Below are positions 17,126 to 24,580 of a DNA stretch of 32,000 bases, in pieces (the stretch's first letter is position 1; every line of letters starts with the position of its first letter). The notes beneath the pieces were generated by a model. The model made no database searches and was not told the DNA's origin. It saw only the letters and a program-made list of their open reading frames with translations. Made by a program: the position numbers and the translations under genes. This DNA comes from Edaphobacter aggregans (GTDB lineage Bacteria; Acidobacteriota; Terriglobia; Terriglobales; Acidobacteriaceae), in the NCBI RefSeq assembly GCF_003945235.1, contig NZ_RSDW01000001.1, forward strand, positions 720,001 through 752,000, written 5' to 3'.

Positions 17126-17395
17126 CGCATTCGCTCTTCTGTTTGTCATCCCGGAGAGATCTGCTGTTGTCGTTGTCGTTGCCGAAGCAGCTCACAGCAT
17201 TATCGTGAGCTGCGCAGTGGAGAAGCCTGCCCTGAGCGAGGTCGAAGGGCCCCCACATTTGCCTTTGCTTTTCTTGTTTGTCATCCCCGAAGGGGATCTG
17301 CTTTCGCACTTGCCATTACATCTAGGAACCCGAGGCTTCAGCCTCGGGTACCAACACCACAACAAAAGGGCTTCAGCCCCTGGAGTATCCTCTCT
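17126..17395 (+). repeat. Composite intergenic repeat, copy 2 (two GTCATCCC...GATCTGCT units, hairpin module, CTGAGCGAGGTCGAAGG module, GGCTTCAGCC hairpins)
   Basis: Units lie at 17139-17183 and 17273-17314; the latter holds the perfect palindrome ATCCCCGAAGGGGAT at 17283-17297. A 9-bp stem joins GCAGCTCAC (17187-17195) to GTGAGCTGC (17205-17213). Segment 17229-17266 is related to the intragenic repeats in GH35. CCCGAGGCttcaGCCTCGGG is at 17329-17348. Confidence 0.75.
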
Positions 17396-17425
17396 CAGAG
17401 TCCCACGCAGCCGCCGAGAGGAACC

Positions 17426-19219
17426 ATGTCCAAATCCCGCCGCCAATTCCTGACCGAGACCACCCTCACCCTCTTGGCGACCGCCGCAGCCGCCAAAGCC
17501 CAGGCCCCCACCACCTCCACCACCCCCGGAGCACCACCCGCCTTCGGCACCGCTCCAGCCGTAGGCCCCGAAGTCACCCCCGCCACCTTCGCCGAAGCTG
17601 AAAAGCTAGTTCAAGCCCCGCTCACCGAAGCCGACCGCGCACAAGCCGCGGGCAACTGGCGCAGCGCAATGGCCCCTCTCTACGAGCGCCGCGTAGGCCC
17701 CCACAAGATCGAAATCCCCACCGCCACCGCGCCCTACACGACGGTTCACTCCATCCTCCCCGGCCAACCCTCCGGCCCCGCAACAAACCAATTCATCCGC
17801 ACCAAAGCCATTCCAGACAACCTCCCCGCCACCGACGAAGCCATAGCCTACTCCCCGGTCACTCACCTCTCCCACTGGATCGAAACCCGCAAACTAACCA
17901 GCGAGCGCCTCACCCGCATCTACCTCAAGCGCATCGAGCAGTTCAATCCAAAACTAAACTGCATAATCACCCTCACCGCCGATCACGCATTATCCCAAGC
18001 AAAAGCCGCCGACGCCGAAATAGCCGCCGGACGCTACCGAGGCCCACTCCACGGCATCCCCTGGGGAGCCAAAGATCTCCTCGACACCGCCAACATCCCC
18101 ACCACCTACGGCGCCGAGCCCTTCCGCAACCGCATCCCCACCGCCGACGCCACCGTCACCCAGCGCCTCAACCAAGCCGGTGCCGTCCTCATCGCCAAAC
18201 TCTCCCTCGGAGCCCTCGCCCTCAACGACATCTGGTTCGGCGGCCAAACCATGAACCCCTGGCTCCTGGAAGAAGGCTCCTCTGGCTCCAGCGCAGGCCC
18301 CGGAGCCGCCACCGCCGCGGGCCTAGTAGCCTTCGCCATCGGCTCCGAAACGGGAGGCAGCATCGTCTCCCCGTCCATGCGCTGCGGCATCACCGGCCTC
18401 CGCCCCACCTACGGCCGAGTCCCCCGCACCGGTGCCATGACCCTCTGCTGGTCCCTCGACAAGCTAGGCCCCATGGCTCGCCGCGTCGAAGACACCATGC
18501 TCGTCCTCAACGCCATCACCGGCCCCGACAATCAAGACGTAGCCAGCGTCCCCAGCCACTTGAACTTCGACGCCAACGCACCCATCACCGGCCTAAAAGT
18601 CGGCTACTTCCCCCAGTGGATGAAAGAAGCCCCCGCCACCGACGTAGACCGCGCCGCCCTAACCGCCATCAAGACCCTCGGCATGACCCCCGTCGAAGTC
18701 ACCCTCCCCGACTGGCCCTACGACTCCCTCGACCTCATCCTCTTCGCTGAAGCCGCCGCCGCCTTCGAAGAAATCACCCTCAACCACGCCGTCGACCAGC
18801 TCAAAGCTCAGGTCCCCGACGCTTGGCCCAACACCTTCCGCCAATCCCGCTTCCTCTCCGCCGTCGACTTCGTCCAGACCGACCGCTTCCGTCGCATGGT
18901 CGCCCTCGAGATGGCCCGCGTCATGAGCGAAGTCGATCTACTCCTCGTCCCTTCCCTCCGCGACGAGATGCTCACCCTCACCAACTTCACCGGCCACCCC
19001 TCCCTCACCTTCCGCGCCGGATTCGTCGAAGTCGCCGAAGCCCGCAGCGACTGGGCCCCCGACCCCGCCAAACCTCTACCAAAATTCAATCCACCCCGCC
19101 GAGTCCCCCACGGCGTCACCCTCATAGGCCGCCTCTTCGACGAAGGCACCATAACCCGCGCAGGCATAGCCCTCGAACAACACTTCAACGTAGCCGCCGA
19201 AACCCCACCCGGCTTCTAG
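17426..19219 (+). CDS. Tat-exported amidase (amidase-signature family)
   Basis: GAGAGGA precedes ATG 17426. It has a twin-arginine signal (MSKSRRQFLTETTLTLLATAAAAKAQA). The AS signature is present: GIPWGAKDL (catalytic Lys region) and GGSSGSSAGPGAATAAGLVAFAIGSETGGSI. Confidence 0.9.
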   Translation: MSKSRRQFLTETTLTLLATAAAAKAQAPTTSTTPGAPPAFGTAPAVGPEVTPATFAEAEKLVQAPLTEADRAQAAGNWRSAMAPLYERRVGPHKIEIPTATAPYTTVHSILPGQPSGPATNQFIRTKAIPDNLPATDEAIAYSPVTHLSHWIETRKLTSERLTRIYLKRIEQFNPKLNCIITLTADHALSQAKAADAEIAAGRYRGPLHGIPWGAKDLLDTANIPTTYGAEPFRNRIPTADATVTQRLNQAGAVLIAKLSLGALALNDIWFGGQTMNPWLLEEGSSGSSAGPGAATAAGLVAFAIGSETGGSIVSPSMRCGITGLRPTYGRVPRTGAMTLCWSLDKLGPMARRVEDTMLVLNAITGPDNQDVASVPSHLNFDANAPITGLKVGYFPQWMKEAPATDVDRAALTAIKTLGMTPVEVTLPDWPYDSLDLILFAEAAAAFEEITLNHAVDQLKAQVPDAWPNTFRQSRFLSAVDFVQTDRFRRMVALEMARVMSEVDLLLVPSLRDEMLTLTNFTGHPSLTFRAGFVEVAEARSDWAPDPAKPLPKFNPPRRVPHGVTLIGRLFDEGTITRAGIALEQHFNVAAETPPGF

Positions 19220-19239
19220 CAACGATCAAGCCCGACAGA

Positions 19240-19420
19240 GTATTTCGCGTTTGCCGTTGCTTGTTTTCTTGTTGTCATCCCGTAGGGATCTGCTTTTGCA
19301 GTTGTCGTTGTTCTTGCTCTGCAACTGCTCTTGCCTTTCTTGTCTGTCATCCCCGAAGGCGTAACATCGCCACCAAAGCAGTAGAGAGCAGCGCTGAGAA
19401 AGCCATCATCGAAAAGGGGC
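19240..19420 (+). repeat. Composite intergenic repeat, copy 3
   Basis: Unit 19268-19310 reads CTTGTTGTCATCCCGTAGGGATCTGCTTTTGCAGTTGTCGTTG. A truncated unit lies at 19339-19361 (CTTGTCTGTCATCCCCGAAGGCG). Orientation matches copies 1 and 2. It lies between convergent stops 19219 (+) and 19479 (-). Confidence 0.65.
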
Positions 19421-19478
19421 ACACATGGCTATCCCAGCTCACTGCTCTCTACACACTGGACAATTTAGTCAGCGCAGA

Positions 19479-20018
19479 CTACTTCACAACCTGCGGCGAA
19501 TCCGGCGAGATCCCCTTGCAATCCGCCCCCTGAAACACGCTCTCGAAGTTCATATCCATCACAATCGGCTTAGGCTGCGACGCCATCGTCGTCTCCATAT
19601 GCGCCTTGCCGGTAGCCTTCTCCGTGCTCACAAAAGTCACTTCCAGGTGCCCCGTCGAACTACTCCGCCCATCCGAAGACTTACACGCAATATCAGCCGA
19701 CATCCCCGCCGAACTCGTCTGCTGGTTCGACAAATTGCACTTCTGATCCCGCTGCTGCTGCATATCGCCAAACATCTTCTGCCACTTCTCCGCCGTCAGG
19801 CACGACTGCAACACCGTCGTATGCGGGCCACCCGGCACCGGCCTGCCCATCGCCTGCAGCCGCGCCACCACCTCCGGCGGAATCTGAATCCCCGACATCG
19901 TAACCGTGCTCGTCGACTGCCAAAGCCCCACCTTCACCGGAGGCGTCGCCGGAGCCTGCGCAACCATAGCAACCGGAGCCACCAACATCGCCATCACCAG
20001 ACAAATCCGAATCTTCAT
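19479..20018 (-). CDS. Secreted small protein, DUF3617-like (tentative)
   Basis: ORF 19479-20303 trimmed to ATG 20016-20018 (AGGAG on the coding strand upstream), with signal peptide MKIRICLVMAMLVAPVAMVAQA. The GLWQSTST...QSCLTAEKW...CNLS...CKSSDG pattern recalls DUF3617 lipoprotein-like proteins. The long N-terminal extension in the ORF track is Arg-rich wrong-looking sequence. Confidence 0.6.
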   Translation of the reverse strand: MKIRICLVMAMLVAPVAMVAQAPATPPVKVGLWQSTSTVTMSGIQIPPEVVARLQAMGRPVPGGPHTTVLQSCLTAEKWQKMFGDMQQQRDQKCNLSNQQTSSAGMSADIACKSSDGRSSSTGHLEVTFVSTEKATGKAHMETTMASQPKPIVMDMNFESVFQGADCKGISPDSPQVVK

Positions 20019-20154
20019 AACACTCCTCTTCTCCGCCCGCTGAAATCTCCCCAGCAAAGCCCTGCCAGTATCGTCGTAATCAAAGCCCAAACGGAAGAAA
20101 AAATCTCCGGCTCGTCTATTTTCCAGAGCGAACCTCAACCCACCATCACCTACA

Positions 20155-20424
20155 CTAAGCACCAAACCGAGCCAGCCCCCGAGCCCGAGCCTTCTCTGCC
20201 TCCTCCTCACGATTCCTCGGCGGAGCATTCGTCTCCAGCGAAACCAGCAGCTCCCGCGAAGCCTCAGCCACCGCATCCACCGCTGCCTCAAACGCCGCTT
20301 CATTCGCCTTCGAAGGCTTATTGAACCCGCTGATCTTCCTCACAAACTGCAACGAAGCAGCCCGAACCTCATCCTCCGTCACCGGCGGATCAAAGTTGAA
20401 AAGCATCTTGATATTTCGGCACAT
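20155..20424 (-). CDS. DUF2277-like small protein
   Basis: ORF 20155-20472 trimmed to ATG 20422-20424, with GAGGTG upstream. The N-terminus MCRNIKMLFNFDPPVTEDEVRAASLQFVRKISGF matches my memory of the conserved DUF2277 start. Confidence 0.7.
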   Translation of the reverse strand: MCRNIKMLFNFDPPVTEDEVRAASLQFVRKISGFNKPSKANEAAFEAAVDAVAEASRELLVSLETNAPPRNREEEAEKARARGLARFGA

Positions 20425-20481
20425 ATGCAACACCTCAATCGCCAGCGCAGCGATGACCACCACTTTACCCAAAATGCAACA

Positions 20482-20515
20482 AAGCGATCCAATGCTTAGG
20501 AGACAGTGATCGCTT
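20482..20515 (-). terminator. Hairpin downstream of the desaturase gene (weak terminator candidate)
   Basis: AAGCGATC (20482-20489) and GATCGCTT (20508-20515) form a perfect 8-bp inverted repeat with an 18-nt loop. On the minus strand TGTTGCATTTT follows it. The large loop and short stem make it weak. Confidence 0.25.
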
Positions 20516-20554
20516 AAAAAGATCAGAGCAGTTCCTCCGATCTCCCGGAAGCGC

Positions 20555-21436
20555 CTAAAGACGCATCACTTTAACGTTCTTAGCCAAACCCAACAGCGAC
20601 AGCAGCCGAATCCCCCAGTAGTTGAAATCCACCTCCCACCACACCAGTCCATGCCTCGCCGACACCGGATGCGCATGGTGATTGTTGTGCCAGCCCTCGC
20701 CTCCGGTCAGCAGCGCCACCCACCAGTTGTTAGTCGAATCATCGCGGGTCTTGAACCGACGCGTACCCCACATGTGCGTGACCGAATTCACCAGCCACGT
20801 AACGTGGAAGCCGACAGCAACCCGCAAAAACACGCCCCACAGCACCCAAGACACACCCAGCCTCCATCCGCCCAGCGCCATCCCGCCACCCAGCAAAGCA
20901 ACGCCGGTCAGCGTAACGGGCAGCCAATGCCACACCGCCAGCCACCGATAGAACGCATCTCGCTGCAGATCGGGCGCGTAGCGGGAGAGCGTAGTCGTCT
21001 CGCTATGAAGCGACCCGTGCAGAATCCAGCCCATGTGCGACCACCACTTACCATCGCGGGGAGAGTGCGGATCACCAGGCTTATCCGTGTACTGGTGGTG
21101 CATGCGATGCACCGCAACCCAGTAGCTGGGACTCCCCTGCAAAGCCATCGTGCCGCAGACGGCCATGGCATACTCCAGCCACCTGGGCGTCGTGAACCCA
21201 CGATGCGTAAGCTGGCGATGATAGCTGATGCCAACGCCCACGTTCTGCGCGACGAGCCACATCACGACGAACACCACAACCGAAGACCAATGGAACGTGA
21301 ACAGCGCCGCTACGGCTCCCAGATGAAACGACGCAATCACGACGAAAAACACCCAGTTGAATTCATCCGACTTAGCCTGTACCAAGTCAGCAATTTCAGA
21401 AACAGCTTGTGGCGGATGCGCTACAACAGAAGCCAT
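20555..21436 (-). CDS. Membrane fatty-acid (acyl-CoA/acyl-lipid delta-9-type) desaturase
   Basis: 293-aa ORF with three histidine boxes: HRQLTH, HRMHHQYTD and HNNHHAHP. It also has hydrophobic N-terminal helices. Confidence 0.9.
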   Translation of the reverse strand: MASVVAHPPQAVSEIADLVQAKSDEFNWVFFVVIASFHLGAVAALFTFHWSSVVVFVVMWLVAQNVGVGISYHRQLTHRGFTTPRWLEYAMAVCGTMALQGSPSYWVAVHRMHHQYTDKPGDPHSPRDGKWWSHMGWILHGSLHSETTTLSRYAPDLQRDAFYRWLAVWHWLPVTLTGVALLGGGMALGGWRLGVSWVLWGVFLRVAVGFHVTWLVNSVTHMWGTRRFKTRDDSTNNWWVALLTGGEGWHNNHHAHPVSARHGLVWWEVDFNYWGIRLLSLLGLAKNVKVMRL

Positions 21437-21701
21437 GGCATGCCTGCTTTCGGTCTAAAAACTAAGCTCGGCAAATGGCCACTGGCTATGGGGCGCGCGT
21501 AACAGTTCGGTAATACTTTCAGTGCCGCGCAGCGTACGAAGCAAGCAACATCGATCGGTCGCACCTCTCCGAAGACACTCTTTCCGTTTAAGGTTCTAGC
21601 TCCACGAACAAATCACCGACAAACCTGAAGTCACACCCCGCGCTATCTGCTGCGTTAAGAGTATGATCGCGCTACACCCAATTGAAGTTTCGGAGGCAGA
21701 G

Positions 21702-23057
21702 ATGTCACGCGATTGGATTCTCTTCGTGCTTTCATTCCCTTTCGGGACGCTCTCCGCACAAACCACCCCTTTAGCTCTCACCGGAACCCTGATTACCCCA
21801 GATGGCATCGTGCAGAACGGAACGGTGCTGATCCAGAACGGCAAGATTACAGCTGCGGGAGCGCAGGTATCACTACCGGCGGGAACCAAAACCGTAGAAA
21901 CCCACGGCGTCATCGCCCCTGGCCTGATCGACCTGCACAATCACCTCACATGGAATGTCTTCCCACGCTGGAAGCCAATCACCGAATTCGGCAACCGCTA
22001 CGACTGGGAGCAGAAACCCATCTACAAGCTCCTGATGGACGCACCCCATGAAGCCCTCGTCCAGCAAGGCCTCGAGTGCCAGATGGAGCGCTACGCCGAA
22101 GTCAAAGCCATCACCGAGGGTGAAACCTCAGTCGTAGGAGGAACCTATACACCCTGCGATCAAGGCCTCGCCCGCAACCTCGACTACGACCCCCAACTAG
22201 GCACCGGGCTAGGCACAATCCTCTACTACATCTTTCCCCTCTCCATCAGCGAGAGCGAACTCGCCGCCGCCAACGCCGCGCTCTCCGCCAAACCGCGAGG
22301 CTCCCTCCTCATTCATCTAGCCGAAGGCGCACCCAAAAACGCATCCGCCGCCGAAGAGCTCTACACCCTGCAAGGCCGTGGCCTGTTCAAGCCAGGAGTC
22401 TCCCTTATCCACGCAACTGCCTTGACCCCAGCGAACTTCGCCGCCATGGCCAAAGCCGGAGTCGGCCTCATCTGGTCGCCACGCAGCAACATCGAGCTTT
22501 ATGGAGACACAACCAACGTCGCCGCCGCAAAGACCGCCAACGTGGTCATGGCAATCGCCCCCGACTGGAGCCCAACCGGCAGCGTAGGCTCGCTAGGCGA
22601 GTTGAACTACGCCTCCGTATGGAACCAATCCCAGCCATCATCCATCTTCACCGACGCCGAACTAGTCGCAATGGCCACGGCCAATCCCGCCACTCTCGTA
22701 GGCCTGCAGGATCAAATCGGATCTCTCGCCCCCAACCACGTCGCGGACCTGCTCATCATCCGCGACACCGGCAAAGAAAACAACAAAGACGCCTATTGGT
22801 CCCTCACTCACGCCACTCCAGAAGACGTCGATCTAGTAATGATCGGAGGAGCCGCAACCTACGGCGATCCCCAACTCATGCGCCAGCTCTCCAACGGCCA
22901 AACCGAGACCCTCCACATCTGCGGAGCCGAAAAAGCAATCTCCTTCGCCAGCGAAACAAATCCACCCGGCACTTTCGCAGTCACGCAATCCAAACTCGAT
23001 CACGCACTCCGCCAGCAAGGCCGCCGTCTCGCCCCATTAGCCGAGTGCGGCCAATGA
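21702..23057 (+). CDS. Secreted metal-dependent amidohydrolase family protein
   Basis: ORF 21663-23057 trimmed to ATG 21702, with GGAGG at 21692-21696 and a signal-like MSRDWILFVLSFPFGTLSAQ. GLIDLHNHL (HxH metal site) plus later HLAEG and IHAT motifs are typical of the amidohydrolase superfamily. Confidence 0.8.
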   Translation: MSRDWILFVLSFPFGTLSAQTTPLALTGTLITPDGIVQNGTVLIQNGKITAAGAQVSLPAGTKTVETHGVIAPGLIDLHNHLTWNVFPRWKPITEFGNRYDWEQKPIYKLLMDAPHEALVQQGLECQMERYAEVKAITEGETSVVGGTYTPCDQGLARNLDYDPQLGTGLGTILYYIFPLSISESELAAANAALSAKPRGSLLIHLAEGAPKNASAAEELYTLQGRGLFKPGVSLIHATALTPANFAAMAKAGVGLIWSPRSNIELYGDTTNVAAAKTANVVMAIAPDWSPTGSVGSLGELNYASVWNQSQPSSIFTDAELVAMATANPATLVGLQDQIGSLAPNHVADLLIIRDTGKENNKDAYWSLTHATPEDVDLVMIGGAATYGDPQLMRQLSNGQTETLHICGAEKAISFASETNPPGTFAVTQSKLDHALRQQGRRLAPLAECGQ

Positions 23058-23141
23058 ATCTCGGAGAATATGATTGTGAACATCTTTCCGGTCCGGTCCT
23101 GTCATGGGTTTGCGGCCAAACGCCAAATCTGGAGGACAGCG

Positions 23142-23708
23142 ATGAGCAATCGACTGAATCCCGCAACGAACAACAATGGATCAACCCGGCGACAAGCAAT
23201 CATCGGTGCTGCACTGGTAGCCAGTGGCATCGCACTACGCCCTGCGAAGGCTTGGGCGGATGCAAATGACGAAGTCTCGCGCACCGCTGAATCTATCCAT
23301 CAGGAGCCGGTATTCAAAGCAAGCCGCGCACAAATCTACAAGGCACTCACCGACACCAATCAATTCGATAAAGTCATCCAGCTCAGCGGAGCGATGAAAG
23401 CAAACCCGTCCTTGGGAACCAGGCCCACCGCAATCACTCGTGAAGTGGGCGGCCCCTTCGTAATCTTCGGTGGATACATCACCGGACTACAAATCGAACT
23501 CGTCCCCGACGAACGAATCGTCCAGGCCTGGCGAGTCGGCAGCTGGCCCCCCGGGGTCTATTCCATTGCCAAGTTCGACCTCGTAGAGCAGAGCTCCAGC
23601 ACAAAAATCGTCTTCGACCATACCGGCTTTCCCACCGGCGACGGAGAACACCTCGCACAAGGCTGGAGGGCCCACTATTGGGAACCACTCGAAAAGCTCC
23701 TGACCTAG
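23142..23708 (+). CDS. Tat-signal-bearing SRPBCC / AHSA1 domain protein
   Basis: ORF 23070-23708 trimmed to ATG 23142, with GGAGG at 23131-23135. It has a twin-arginine motif (STRRQAIIGAALVASGIALRPAKAWA). The mature part (IHQEPVFKASRAQIYKALTD...VFDHTGFP) is AHSA1/SRPBCC-like. Confidence 0.75.
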   Translation: MSNRLNPATNNNGSTRRQAIIGAALVASGIALRPAKAWADANDEVSRTAESIHQEPVFKASRAQIYKALTDTNQFDKVIQLSGAMKANPSLGTRPTAITREVGGPFVIFGGYITGLQIELVPDERIVQAWRVGSWPPGVYSIAKFDLVEQSSSTKIVFDHTGFPTGDGEHLAQGWRAHYWEPLEKLLT

Positions 23709-24376
23709 CTCCGCCTCGTCCGCCGAAGCATCCCAGCCAGCGCTACGAGTCCACTCCCCACCAGCGCCACGCTCCCCGGCTCCGGAGCAGCCGCAGCCTC
23801 CGCCCCCCCGGGAGAAAAAGCCGTCAGCACCCGAACATAGTCCCCCGGCGAGCTCGCAACCGTATCGAACAGAATCGAATCCGGACCGCTGATCGTCACC
23901 GAATCACCCGCCTCCAACCCCCTGTCCGTCGGATTCAGATAATTCACACCCGTATGAGCAAGAAAATCGCTCGCTGCAAGCGTCTCCGTACTCGTCAGGA
24001 TTCCTAGGACCTGGGAGTCAAAAGTGACCGTTCCGATGACCTCTTGGGTGGGGCCAGGGTCGAAGAAGATGTAATGGCTCGCCACAACCGTTCCTGCTGG
24101 TATCGGGCTCGCGCCCACATTAACCACCAGCGGAGCCGTCAGCAAAATGTTCTGATCCTCATCGAATCCATACAGGTCGGGACTCTGAAAGTTGTCGTTG
24201 CCAACGCTATTGGGCGGCCCAAAAGGATTCGCCAGCGGAACGGTCAACTTTACGAACGTCCCACCAGCCGTAAAGGCCGATCCACCCGTAACAACTCCGC
24301 CAATAATATCGGCACTAGACGGCAAGGATCCCGCCGCCAACATCAGCATGGCTATGCCAGCACACAGCTTTTTCAT
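23705..24376 (-). CDS. PEP-CTERM sorting-domain protein
   Basis: ORF 23705-24448 trimmed to ATG 24374-24376, with signal peptide MKKLCAGIAMLMLAAGSLPSSA. The C-terminus is APEPGSVALVGSGLVALAGMLRRTRRS (PEP motif, TM helix, basic tail). Its stop overlaps the stop of the convergent 23142-23708 gene (CTAG). Confidence 0.8.
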   Translation of the reverse strand: MKKLCAGIAMLMLAAGSLPSSADIIGGVVTGGSAFTAGGTFVKLTVPLANPFGPPNSVGNDNFQSPDLYGFDEDQNILLTAPLVVNVGASPIPAGTVVASHYIFFDPGPTQEVIGTVTFDSQVLGILTSTETLAASDFLAHTGVNYLNPTDRGLEAGDSVTISGPDSILFDTVASSPGDYVRVLTAFSPGGAEAAAAPEPGSVALVGSGLVALAGMLRRTRRS

Positions 24377-24580
24377 CTCAGGGGTCTCCGTATCAAAAAA
24401 TCGGAAATGCGCGGCCCCACACCCCACAGCAGAAAGCGAGTCTAACACCGCAAAATCAACTCCGTGTAAAGCCGCCGTCTTCAGATCTCCCGATGAGATA
24501 CATCGCTATCCATAATCCTCCCTTGAAACATTCTCCCAAATGAACTAACTTTGGCTGCGTCACCAAAAACCCTCACCCAG

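Noticed and set aside
17139-19361. Possible CRISPR array, suggested by the repeated ~40-nt GTCATCCC...GATCTGCT units
   Set aside because: Only one or two units occur per locus and spacing is irregular. The units are degenerate rather than identical, and no cas genes are present.
18823-20324. ORFs 18823-19533 (+) and 19425-20324 (+), which run through the repeat locus
   Set aside because: They are out of frame with the amidase or antisense to the DUF3617-like gene. Their Arg/Pro/His-rich translation crosses a non-coding repeat (CHPVGICF... is the repeat read as protein).
20651-21502. 283-aa plus-strand ORF over the desaturase gene
   Set aside because: It is antisense to a gene with three canonical histidine boxes, and its sequence is Arg/Pro/His-rich.
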